NCBI GenBank assembly: GCA_963662655.2 | Contig: CAXXTU010000002.1 | Coordinates: forward strand, 3,424,001-3,488,000 | DNA from: Candidatus Cloacimonadales bacterium | GTDB taxonomy: Bacteria; Cloacimonadota; Cloacimonadia; Cloacimonadales; JAIOQZ01 | Length of the DNA stretch: 64,000 nt | Direction: 5' to 3' | In this document: positions 9,667 through 19,324 of the stretch, piece by piece | Layout of the letters: the number at the start of each line of letters is the position of its first letter | How positions within the stretch are numbered: position 1 is the stretch's first letter | The notes under the pieces: generated by a model | What the model saw: only the letters and a program-made list of their open reading frames with translations | What the model was told of the DNA's origin: nothing | The model's database searches: none | Position numbers and translations under genes: made by a program

Positions 9667-11409
9667 ATGAATACGTTTCGATATGTACTACCGCTTCTTC
9701 GGAAAAATCTGAAGCGCATCGTATTGGGTATCGCGATTCTCATCTTCGTCGATTCGTTGCAGCTCATTATCCCCAAGATCATCCAGCACGCGATCAACAG
9801 CCTGGAGAAAGTGGGATTCACGCAGACGGACCTTCTCCACAAAGCGCTGATCATATTGCTCCTCGCGGTGCTGACAACCATTTTCAAGTACGTATGGCGC
9901 ATTCTGTTGATCGGGCACGCATGGCATTTCGAGAGAGACCTGCGGCAGTTGTACTACGATCACCTGATGAAGCTCTCGCAGACTTTTTACAATCACCAGA
10001 AAACGGGCGAACTGATGGCCCGTGCCACCAACGATTTGCATGCCGTGCGCATGATGTTCGGCTTCGGTTTCGTCGCGGCGGCGGACACGCTGTTCCTTTC
10101 GATTGCATCCTTCCTTTTCATGATGTCCATCGACGCAAAGCTGACGCTTCTCTCGATCATTCCGCTCCCCATCATGACCATCTTCATCATCTTCATGGGA
10201 AAACGGATCCACTTCGCCTTCAAGAAGGTGCAAAAGGCTTTTGCCGATCTTTCGGGCATGGTGCAGGAGAACATCTCGGGTATTCGCGTGGTGAAAGCAT
10301 TTGTGCAGGAGCAAAGCGAGCTCCAGAAGATGTCGGGCTTCGCCTCGGACTACGTGAAGAAGAATTTGAAGCTGGTGAAGCTTCAGGCGGCTTTCCACCC
10401 CTTCATGGGGATGATCATCAGCATCAGCATGGGCGTTGTGCTCGTGTTCGGCGGTACGGCGACGATCAAGGGTGAGATTAACATCGGCGAGTTTGTCGCG
10501 TTCTCATCGTATCTCGGAACGCTGGTGTGGCCGATGATCGCCATCGGCTGGATCGTGAACCTCTACCAGAACGGCACGGCGTCTCTCAAGCGCCTGAACG
10601 AAATCCTCGACGTTAAACCCGAGATAACAGACGATAAAGCGAACTTCGAGCTTGAGCAGATCGACGGCACGCTGGATATCAGGGAGCTGAGATTCAGGTA
10701 TCGCGCCGATCTCCCTTATGTCTTCGACGGGATATCGGTTCACCTTCGCAAGGGAGACACATTGGCGATCGTGGGGAGAACCGGCTGTGGAAAATCGACG
10801 CTCGTGAACCTGCTGCTGCGCGTTTACAATCCACCGGAGAATACCTTCTACATCGATGACAAAGAACTCTATACCTTCCCGCTGGATGTACTGCACAGGG
10901 GCATCGCCATCGTTCCGCAGGAGATTTTCCTCTTTTCCGATACTATCGCCCGTAACATAGCGTTCGGCAAGCCCGACGCGACCCGGGAAGAGATCGAACG
11001 AGTGGCGCAGCTTGCAAGCGTTCACAGCGATATCAAGGGATTCAAAGACGGATACGAGACGATGGTCGGAGAGCGCGGCGTCACCCTTTCGGGCGGCCAG
11101 AAGCAGCGTATCGCCATGGCCAGAGCTTTCCTGTGCAATCCCCCGATTCTCATTCTGGACGATTCGCTTTCCGCTGTCGATACGCGCACCGAGAAGGAAA
11201 TTCTCGAGCAGATCATCGAGCTCCGTAAAGATAAAACGACTATCATCATCGCGCACCGGATTTCTTCGATCCAGCACGCGGAGCAGACGATTGTCATCGA
11301 GAACGGCAAGATCGCGGAGCGGGGAAATCACGAAGAGCTCATGTCAATGGGCGGTATTTACAGCGAACTCTACGAGAAGCAGCAGATCGAAGAGAAGCTG
11401 CAAGGCTAG
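9667..11409 (+). CDS. ABC exporter, fused permease/ATPase (YheI/BmrC-type half)
   Basis: Transmembrane N-terminal half; GRTGCGKST, LSGGQKQR, LDDSLSAVD (degenerate Walker B), IAHR; start moved to MNTFRY. Confidence 0.9.
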   Translation: MNTFRYVLPLLRKNLKRIVLGIAILIFVDSLQLIIPKIIQHAINSLEKVGFTQTDLLHKALIILLLAVLTTIFKYVWRILLIGHAWHFERDLRQLYYDHLMKLSQTFYNHQKTGELMARATNDLHAVRMMFGFGFVAAADTLFLSIASFLFMMSIDAKLTLLSIIPLPIMTIFIIFMGKRIHFAFKKVQKAFADLSGMVQENISGIRVVKAFVQEQSELQKMSGFASDYVKKNLKLVKLQAAFHPFMGMIISISMGVVLVFGGTATIKGEINIGEFVAFSSYLGTLVWPMIAIGWIVNLYQNGTASLKRLNEILDVKPEITDDKANFELEQIDGTLDIRELRFRYRADLPYVFDGISVHLRKGDTLAIVGRTGCGKSTLVNLLLRVYNPPENTFYIDDKELYTFPLDVLHRGIAIVPQEIFLFSDTIARNIAFGKPDATREEIERVAQLASVHSDIKGFKDGYETMVGERGVTLSGGQKQRIAMARAFLCNPPILILDDSLSAVDTRTEKEILEQIIELRKDKTTIIIAHRISSIQHAEQTIVIENGKIAERGNHEELMSMGGIYSELYEKQQIEEKLQG

Positions 11410-11589
11410 GTTCGTTCTCTCTACTTTTCCACTTCTTTTGAATTCTTTTTACCCAGCTTCGGGAATTGAAAATAGTATTGCAAGTCGAGATGGCGTTTAC
11501 GAATTATTGTTGATTGGTTCATTTCTTGCAAAATAAATGCCGTCTTAATTTTAGAGTAGGATTATGATTCTATCAAACGGGGAGAACTT

Positions 11590-14500
11590 ATGAAAAAGCT
11601 ATTCGGAATGTCGTTGATTCTGATGACGGTTGGCTTGTTGTTCAGTGCGCAAAATGTAAACACGGCAAAACCTCTCGAGAGTAAATATTTCACGATGGGA
11701 GCTCAATCCGCGAGCAGTATCTCGCTCCGGTTCAATCGTGCCGAGTGCGAAATGACGGAAATATCGGTCGGCGGGAAAACCACTCAACTTCTGGTGGGCG
11801 ATAACACCAGCATGATCGAGGGCGAAGGTTTGCCCGTGTTGCCCTACTACACGTCGATGGTGGCGGTTCCTCCCCGAGGCGGGATTGCGCTGGAAATCAA
11901 CGGTTACGACGAAGATATCCAGACCGGTGTCCTCATCCCGGCTGCAGTGGGCGTCGATATCTCCGGCAACCAGACACGAAACGCGAGTCTGGCGTTCAAG
12001 ACGGACGAGATTTATCCCCAAACGATTGCTGAGATCAGTCAGCCTCAAGTTCTTCGCGACGAGCGATTCGTGATTCTCACCGTTTACCCGTACGCATACA
12101 ACCCCGCAACGCGAGAGCTGATAACGCGAAGCAACATCGAAGTGAATATCGTAACGGAAAACACGCAGGGTGTAAACGAAATCAATACCGACAGAAAGCG
12201 TTCGCGCAGTTTTGAGACATTGTACAATTCGCTGTTCCTGAACCCTACCGGACGGGATGAGGCAGAGTGTCAGGCCCGTTCGATTCTCATTGTCTACCCC
12301 GATATCTCCGCCGTTGAAGACGTTGTATTCACTATGGGCAACTGGAAAAGGAGAAAGGGATTCGAGGTGGCCTACCTCAATATCGGCGATCTGAGTTACT
12401 CGACAAATTCCCACATCAAGAGCTACATTCAGGACGCTTACGATTCATGGGAGAATCCGCCGGAATACATCATTATCGTGGGCGACGCAAACGGTTCGCT
12501 GAGCGTTCCCACCTGGACTGAGAATTACTCCGGGTACCAAGGATGCGGCGACAATCCCTATACGCTGCTCGATGGGGGCGATTTGATTCCCGATGCATTT
12601 ATCGGACGCCTGTCGATCAGTACAGCGGACAACCTCTTCACGATATGGAGTAAAATTGTGAATTACGAGATCATGCCATACACAAGTGATACGGCATGGT
12701 ACGGTCACTCTGCGCTCATCAGCGATACCGGTTCTTCGGGAATGTCAACCTATTACACGAATCAGTTCACCAAGGAATCGATTCTCTGGTACGATCAGGA
12801 TCACACCTTTACGGAAGTAACGCAGGTGAGCCCCTCGCCGACGCTTCTCAGCAACGCCTTCAACGAGGGATCGCTTGTGTTCAGCTATCGAGGCATCGGC
12901 GAATTAAACGGCTGGGATGTGGACGACATCAATAACTTGAGCAACGGCAAGAAACTCTGCAATACAACGATAATAACCTGCAACACCGGGACATTCGACA
13001 GCAGCCAGCTAAGCAGGAGCGAAGCGCTGCTTCGCCTCGGCTCGTCCGCGGCTCCGCGGGGGGCGATCGGTGCAATCGGCATGGCCACCAACGGAACGCA
13101 CACGCCTTTCAACAACTGCCTGCACGGCGGAATCTACTATGGCCTGTACATGCAGGGCATGAACACGATGGGTGAAGCGCTCGTCCGCGGGAAACTCAAT
13201 TTGCACAAGTCGTACTCGAGCAGCTTCCAGACATTTGTCAATAGCTTCTCGCACTGGTGCAACCTGATGGGTGATCCATCGCTCGAAGTATGGAAAACAA
13301 TGCCGAAGTCTTTTACCGTGAACTTCGAAGAGAGCCTTCCGACGGGAAGTAATTCCATTCATGTGCAGGTGATCGATGGCGGTGGTAACGGCGTGGAAGA
13401 TGCGTGGGTGACGATAAACCAATTGAACGACGACAACGAAGAGCTGCTCTTCGCCACCGGCTATACCGGCCCTGATGGAACGATTCGGCTGTATTTCCCG
13501 AACGATACGGAAGGCAATGTGAATCTGACGGTAACCAAGCCTCAGCATGTTCCCACTCTCGAGACCTTCACGGTTGGCGGCTCCAGTATGATCGGCTTTC
13601 ATGATGTTGCAATCGACGACGACAACAATGGGGATTCTCATGGTAACGGCAACTCGGCCGCGAACGCCGGCGAGACGATCGAGCTCGTGCCGGTATTGAA
13701 GAATTTCAACAACAATCAAGCTCTGTCCGTTTCTGCAACGCTGGGAACAGACGACCCTTATGTAACGATCATCGACAGCACGGAAGATTATAGCGACATC
13801 GAGGGTGGTGGCGTATCAACCTGTAATGACGACTTTGAAATCGAGATTTCATTGGATTGCCCAGACCGTCATGTTATCACATTCACCCTCGAGGTCTCTT
13901 CGACGCTCGGTACTTGGCGATGTTGCTTCGATGTTCCCGTGCTCGGGAGCGATCTCGATGTGAATGGCTTCGATATATCCGGTAACGGTGTCCTCGATCC
14001 GGGAGAAAGCGCCAATCTGGTTGTGACGATGGTCAACAGCGGCAACGTGACGTTGAATAATGTGCAGGCGACCCTGGAATCGTTGGGGAGCTATGCCAGT
14101 GTGATCGATGCGAATGCAGTTTTTGGAGATGTGGCCCCCGGCGGAGAGACTTCCTGCGTGTCCAACCAATTTACGGTCAGCGCTTCCTCAATCGCCGTTC
14201 CCGGCATGACATGCAAATTTCGTGTGAATCTATTCAACGAAGATGGCTACTCAGAATCGGAGATTCTCACGTTGCCCATTGGTATGAAGACGTCAACGGA
14301 TCCCGCAGGACCTGACGCCTACGGTTATTTCTGCTTTGATTCGGGAGACACCAATTACGACGAGGTTCCTCAGTATGAATGGATCGGAATCACGCCATCC
14401 GAAAATGGTAGCGGAACCAATACAGGAATTTACGATCCCGGCGAGAATTACGACGACATCGGAGATGTCGAGTTGCCGTTCATCTTCAACTTCTATGGGG

Positions 14501-16812
14501 AACAATACAATCATATTTGGATCAGCAGCAATGGATGGATTTCTTTCCTGGAAACGAACATGTCCACTTTCCGCAACTGGCATTTGCCGGGTCCGCTCGG
14601 GCCTCGTGCAATGATCGCGGCATTCTGGGACGATCTCATTACGTCGGGCGGTGGAATCTACACGTGGTATAACAGCGATGAGAATTATTTCGTGATCGAG
14701 TGGTACATGATGCGCAACCACTATGGTAACTATAACGAGACATTCGAGATTATCCTGTATGATCCCGAGCATTATCAGACATCCACCGGCGATGGTATGA
14801 TCAAGATTCAGTACGACGATTTCAATAATGTGGATCAGGGGAGCTCGAGTCCATACTATCCCCAGCACGGTAATTATTGCACGATCGGACTGGAGAATCA
14901 CAATTCGGACGATGGAATCGAGTACACGTTCAACAATATCTATACGGCAGGGGCGCAAACCTTGTCGGATCATTCCGCGATTCTCTTCACTCCGATCTTC
15001 GCCGGATCGCAGGATGTGTTTCTGCGCATCAATAATGTCGATATCATCGGGTCCGACGAGGATGGGACCGTGCGATACGGAAGCTATTCTCAGTTCAATA
15101 TCGGCCTCGAGAATACCGGTTTCGAGATGGCCAACAACGTGACGGCCAGCATCAGTACGAACAATCCTCATGCGCAGATTATCCAGGCCACTTCCGATTA
15201 CCCGGGTATTGCAAGCGGGGAGTCCCAGGTAAACGAGAATCCGTTCATTCTTTACGTGGATCCTTTCTGCCCGAATGAGGAGCAGGTCGCAATCGAGCTG
15301 CAAGTGGTTTGCGGCGAGAATGTGTTTGAACGGAATTTTGGTTTCATCTGCAAAGCGCCCGAGCTTGGCGTCAGCCAGATGCTTCTGGTGGATGAAACGA
15401 ACGACGGTATGCTCGAGCCCGGTGAAAGCGCCTCTCTGCGCGTTACGCTGGAAAACAGCGGGGCGTACACCGCGAACGGCATCAACGTAGTTCTCGAATG
15501 CGAAAATGAATATATTCAGTTCAGCAATACGGCGATCGTGCTCGAATCGCTGCAACCCGGGAACAGTATGCAACTCGCGTCAGATTTCAATTTCACCGTG
15601 AGCAGCGATTGCCCCGCGATCAATCATTTCCGCGTTGTTCTAACGACTTCCGAGCAGGTTGGGCATTACGATGTTTATCAGCACGATTTCAACGTGGGAT
15701 TTTTCGACAACCTGGAGCTCGGGCAGGGTGACTGGATTTATTACACGATCGACGGAAGCTACGAGATGTGGAATATGAACGACAGCAGAAGTTTCTCGCC
15801 CGAGACTTCGTGGAAATGCGGCGGTCCGGGGCCGAACAATTATTACAACGATATCCTCTGTGCCCTTGAGTCGCCTGAGATCACGATAACCGATAACAGT
15901 TGCCTCACATTCGTTTACTGGATGGAGGCCGAGATCAGTACGAGTTACCCGGGTTACTGTTACGACGGGGGATGCCTGCAGGCCAATGTGGATGGACAGT
16001 GGGAGCAGATCACGCCGGTTGGCGGATATCCCTATCTCTCACGCGGACCCTCATCGCAATTCGAGTATGAGACACCGCTATTCTCGGGGGAAGTCGATTG
16101 GGAGCGGGTGTTCTTTGATCTCAGCGATTTTGGCGAGACGATCAAGTTCCGGTTTGTATTTGGCAGCGATACCGGTACCGTTTTCGAGGGATGGTATATC
16201 GATGATATTGCCATTACCGAGAGCGATGCTTTCCTGTTGCCGCCTCGAAACCTCGTTGCGACGTATATGGGTGGCCAGAACGTTGTGCTGGAGTGGACAG
16301 CCTCCGAGTCGGAAGGCGATTCGTACGGTATATATCGCAGATCGAATTTATCCGAGCCGTTCAGCTTGATTTCCACAACGACGGCGGTCGGCTTCACTGA
16401 TGACAGCGCAGCTCCAGGCGTATATCAGTACTACGCGGTGACGCGGATATCGGGGGATGGGGAGAGTCCATACAGCGATCCCGTGCAGGTTTACACCGGC
16501 GCAAGTGGCCAAGCTGAAGTCGATGCACCCGAATACAAGACGGAACTCGGGCAGAACTTCCCGAATCCGTTCAATCCGGAGACGATTATTCCATTCTCGC
16601 TGAAAAAACCTTCGTTTGTTACGATCGACATCTACAATGTCAGGGGTCAGAGGGTCAAGCGACTGGTTCAGGGGGACTACTCCGAGGGGCAGCACCAGAT
16701 TGTTTGGAATTCTTTGAACGAAGCTGGAAAGCCGGTCTCGAGCGGTATTTATTTCAGCAAGATGAATGCCGGAGGCGTCCAGAATATCCGTAAGATGCTG
16801 CTTCTTAAATAG
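11590..16812 (+). CDS. Gingipain-like peptidase C25 family multidomain secreted protein with FlgD/T9SS-type tail
   Basis: Propeptide (GLPVLP..TSMVAVP, VYPYAYNPATREL); C25 core (WKRRKG, YIIIVGD, DAFIGRLS, ITCNTG, NLMGDPSL); repeated D.NG..(D/E)PGE Ig modules; NIDO-like ISSNGWISF/IAAFWDDL; GWYIDDI; FN3; NFPNPFNPET...RKMLLLK. Confidence 0.88.
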   Translation: MKKLFGMSLILMTVGLLFSAQNVNTAKPLESKYFTMGAQSASSISLRFNRAECEMTEISVGGKTTQLLVGDNTSMIEGEGLPVLPYYTSMVAVPPRGGIALEINGYDEDIQTGVLIPAAVGVDISGNQTRNASLAFKTDEIYPQTIAEISQPQVLRDERFVILTVYPYAYNPATRELITRSNIEVNIVTENTQGVNEINTDRKRSRSFETLYNSLFLNPTGRDEAECQARSILIVYPDISAVEDVVFTMGNWKRRKGFEVAYLNIGDLSYSTNSHIKSYIQDAYDSWENPPEYIIIVGDANGSLSVPTWTENYSGYQGCGDNPYTLLDGGDLIPDAFIGRLSISTADNLFTIWSKIVNYEIMPYTSDTAWYGHSALISDTGSSGMSTYYTNQFTKESILWYDQDHTFTEVTQVSPSPTLLSNAFNEGSLVFSYRGIGELNGWDVDDINNLSNGKKLCNTTIITCNTGTFDSSQLSRSEALLRLGSSAAPRGAIGAIGMATNGTHTPFNNCLHGGIYYGLYMQGMNTMGEALVRGKLNLHKSYSSSFQTFVNSFSHWCNLMGDPSLEVWKTMPKSFTVNFEESLPTGSNSIHVQVIDGGGNGVEDAWVTINQLNDDNEELLFATGYTGPDGTIRLYFPNDTEGNVNLTVTKPQHVPTLETFTVGGSSMIGFHDVAIDDDNNGDSHGNGNSAANAGETIELVPVLKNFNNNQALSVSATLGTDDPYVTIIDSTEDYSDIEGGGVSTCNDDFEIEISLDCPDRHVITFTLEVSSTLGTWRCCFDVPVLGSDLDVNGFDISGNGVLDPGESANLVVTMVNSGNVTLNNVQATLESLGSYASVIDANAVFGDVAPGGETSCVSNQFTVSASSIAVPGMTCKFRVNLFNEDGYSESEILTLPIGMKTSTDPAGPDAYGYFCFDSGDTNYDEVPQYEWIGITPSENGSGTNTGIYDPGENYDDIGDVELPFIFNFYGEQYNHIWISSNGWISFLETNMSTFRNWHLPGPLGPRAMIAAFWDDLITSGGGIYTWYNSDENYFVIEWYMMRNHYGNYNETFEIILYDPEHYQTSTGDGMIKIQYDDFNNVDQGSSSPYYPQHGNYCTIGLENHNSDDGIEYTFNNIYTAGAQTLSDHSAILFTPIFAGSQDVFLRINNVDIIGSDEDGTVRYGSYSQFNIGLENTGFEMANNVTASISTNNPHAQIIQATSDYPGIASGESQVNENPFILYVDPFCPNEEQVAIELQVVCGENVFERNFGFICKAPELGVSQMLLVDETNDGMLEPGESASLRVTLENSGAYTANGINVVLECENEYIQFSNTAIVLESLQPGNSMQLASDFNFTVSSDCPAINHFRVVLTTSEQVGHYDVYQHDFNVGFFDNLELGQGDWIYYTIDGSYEMWNMNDSRSFSPETSWKCGGPGPNNYYNDILCALESPEITITDNSCLTFVYWMEAEISTSYPGYCYDGGCLQANVDGQWEQITPVGGYPYLSRGPSSQFEYETPLFSGEVDWERVFFDLSDFGETIKFRFVFGSDTGTVFEGWYIDDIAITESDAFLLPPRNLVATYMGGQNVVLEWTASESEGDSYGIYRRSNLSEPFSLISTTTAVGFTDDSAAPGVYQYYAVTRISGDGESPYSDPVQVYTGASGQAEVDAPEYKTELGQNFPNPFNPETIIPFSLKKPSFVTIDIYNVRGQRVKRLVQGDYSEGQHQIVWNSLNEAGKPVSSGIYFSKMNAGGVQNIRKMLLLK

Positions 16813-16849
16813 AGAGAAAACGTACGACTCGCGGTTGCTGGACAGTCTG

Positions 16850-17039
16850 GCGCGGCGGGGGGCGGCGTGTGCGCTTCGCGCACGATACGAACACCGGCTG
16901 TATTCGCAGAATACAGCCGGTGTTCGTATCAAGAAGCCCGTGCGTGCGAAGCTGACTTGAAGTTACTCGCGATATACGATGGATTACAATATTAAGATTT
17001 GCCGATAGTCAGGGCTTCTTACGCCGCCCCCCGCCGCGC
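16850..17039. repeat. Nested palindromic element (19-bp terminal IR, internal perfect 22-bp hairpin)
   Basis: GCGCGGCGGGGGGCGGCGT (16850-16868) is the exact reverse complement of 17021-17039; GATACGAACACCGGCTGTATTC (16884-16905) pairs with 16909-16930; AAGAAGCCC (16931-39) pairs with GGGCTTCTT (17012-20). Confidence 0.75.
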
Positions 17040-17391
17040 GAATGGCGCTCGCATGCAAGATTGAAAAAGCCGCTTCGGGTGAGGAGGACTCAACGGCGAG
17101 AATAAAAGACATGAGCATCGAAATCTCGAAGAAGCGCCAAAATAAACAAAGGATGCTGTTCGCTTTCAATAAAATAGATTAAATCTTCCACCTTACCAAG
17201 AGCATGCTGTTCAGTCGAGAAGCGCATGCGGGAAGGAGCTTTACCTGCGATGTTATGAACGAAATCTTACCTGTGCGAAACGATTCATAGAACTTTATCA
17301 ATTTTTTTATTGCAAAAAAAATCCATGCCCAAAAGATGACGTTTCAATATGATGAATGATAGTGAATCCGGAATTTCAGGAGGAAATGAAG

Positions 17392-19257
17392 ATGCTTAAT
17401 GACTTAAGAAAGCATTCAAAATCGATTATTTTCGTTACAGCGATCCTTTTTATCGTCGGTATGGCCCTGATAGGCGTGACCGATATTTTCTTTAAAAAAC
17501 CACCAGCATTGGTTATCAATGGCGAGAAAATCAAGCTCGAAGAATATGATGCCGCCTTCCAGAACGCGGTTAACGGTTATATGCGTGACAATGAAGGTGA
17601 AGTACTGGACGACAAGCAGATTCTCGAACTGCACCAACAGGTGCTGGATGAATACAAAACCCGTATGGTTCTCGATCGCGCCATTAAAAAGCGCCACATC
17701 AAGATTACCGACGCAGAAGTAGCTGAAAGCATCCGCAACAATCCGAGCCAGATGGTTCGTCAAAGCGAACTCTTCCAGACGGACGGTAAGTTCGATATGG
17801 CCAAGTATCATCAGATTCTCAAGGACGGAGCGCTTCCAAGCGGCGAGCCGCTCGACCTTTCCGGTCTCGAATATATCGCACGGCAGAATCTTCCCTACGA
17901 GAAGCTTTACGAAGAAGTTAAATCCGAAGTCGAAGTTACTCCTGAAGATGTGAAGCAGGAATACATCGACCAGAATCGTAAGGCCGACGTTGAGGTGATT
18001 TTCTTCAACTACCGCAATATCGAAGAAGTTACCATTACCGACGAAGAAATCGAAGCCTATTACAACGAACATAAAGAAGATTATCTTCAAGACCCGGTTC
18101 GCAAGCTCGCCTATGTTAAAATCGACATGGTGGCCAGCCCCGAAGACGAAGAAATCGTTAAAAAACACGCGCGGGATATCCTCAAGCGCGCAAATGACGG
18201 CGAAGACTTTGGCGAACTCGCCAAGGTATATTCCGAAGGACCTTCTGCGCCGAACGGCGGAGACCTCGGATTCTTCACCAAAGATCGCATGGTTACCGAA
18301 TTCAGCGACGCGGCATTCAGCATGAAGGTCGGGCAGGTCAGTGACCTCGTGAAAACCCGTTTCGGTTATCACATTATTAAGGTTACGGACAAACGCAAGA
18401 ACGAGAAAGGCGATCAGGAAGTGAAGGCAAGCCATATCCTCTTCGAGATCAAGCCTTCCATCGATACGGAAGAAGCCGTTTACGACAAAGCCTACGCGCT
18501 TTACGATAAAGCCACTGAAGTCGGTCTCGAAGAAGCCGCGAAGGAAATGAAGGTCGCGCTTCAGGAAACCGAGGAATTTAACCGTAAAGCTACCTACCTG
18601 AAAGAGATCGGTCGCCAGAAGAACCTTGTTATCATGGCTTTCACTAATGAAGTCGGAACCCTGCTCGAACCGTTTGAAGACGACAAGGGCAATTTCATTA
18701 TCGCCAAGGTCGCTTCCAAGCGTGGCGAACACTATCAGACGCTGGAAGAAGTATCAAGCCGCATCAAATCCAAGCTGGGAAAAGACAAGAAGATCGAAGC
18801 TGCGATCGAACTCGGCAAGAAATTCGCACAGGACAACCAGCCGGAAGATTATCAGAAGCTCGCGCAGGAAGCAGGCTACGAAATCGTTGCCGAGACTGAA
18901 GTCAATATGAAGAAACGAATCAAGCAGATCGGCCTTGAAGAGGATCTGAACCGCGCAATCCAGGATACGGATGAAGGTCAGTGGACCTCCCTGATCGAAG
19001 GAAAACGTGGCGCTTATCTCGCCAAGGTTGATAAAGTCTATCCTGCCGATATGGACAAGTTCGATCAGGACAAAGATGCGCTCAAAGAGACTCTGGTTCA
19101 GGAAAGAGGAAACGATTACTATACCGAATGGGTCGAGCAAAGCAAGGAAGCCCTTCGCGTAAAAGATAATCGCGCAGATTTCTACGCAGCTTTCCGTGCA
19201 GACGATGATAGCGCCGAGCCGGAAGAAGCTCCAGAACAGGCAGATTCGAAAAAATAA
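17392..19257 (+). CDS. PpiD/SurA-like peptidyl-prolyl isomerase (parvulin domain)
   Basis: N-terminal TM anchor; INGEKI; FQTDGKFD; FGELAKVYSEGPSAPNGGDLGFF...VKTRFGYHIIKV; ASHIL; start MLNDLRK behind AGGAGG. Confidence 0.88.
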   Translation: MLNDLRKHSKSIIFVTAILFIVGMALIGVTDIFFKKPPALVINGEKIKLEEYDAAFQNAVNGYMRDNEGEVLDDKQILELHQQVLDEYKTRMVLDRAIKKRHIKITDAEVAESIRNNPSQMVRQSELFQTDGKFDMAKYHQILKDGALPSGEPLDLSGLEYIARQNLPYEKLYEEVKSEVEVTPEDVKQEYIDQNRKADVEVIFFNYRNIEEVTITDEEIEAYYNEHKEDYLQDPVRKLAYVKIDMVASPEDEEIVKKHARDILKRANDGEDFGELAKVYSEGPSAPNGGDLGFFTKDRMVTEFSDAAFSMKVGQVSDLVKTRFGYHIIKVTDKRKNEKGDQEVKASHILFEIKPSIDTEEAVYDKAYALYDKATEVGLEEAAKEMKVALQETEEFNRKATYLKEIGRQKNLVIMAFTNEVGTLLEPFEDDKGNFIIAKVASKRGEHYQTLEEVSSRIKSKLGKDKKIEAAIELGKKFAQDNQPEDYQKLAQEAGYEIVAETEVNMKKRIKQIGLEEDLNRAIQDTDEGQWTSLIEGKRGAYLAKVDKVYPADMDKFDQDKDALKETLVQERGNDYYTEWVEQSKEALRVKDNRADFYAAFRADDDSAEPEEAPEQADSKK

Positions 19258-19275
19258 ACAATGAAACGATAAACT

Positions 19276-19305
19276 GAAAAGCCGATGTATCAACATCGGC
19301 TTTTC
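19276..19305 (+). terminator. Rho-independent terminator-like hairpin
   Basis: GAAAAGCCGATGT-atca-ACATCGGCTTTTC downstream of the stop codon. Confidence 0.65.
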
Positions 19306-19324
19306 TTGTCTACAGGTGGAACTT

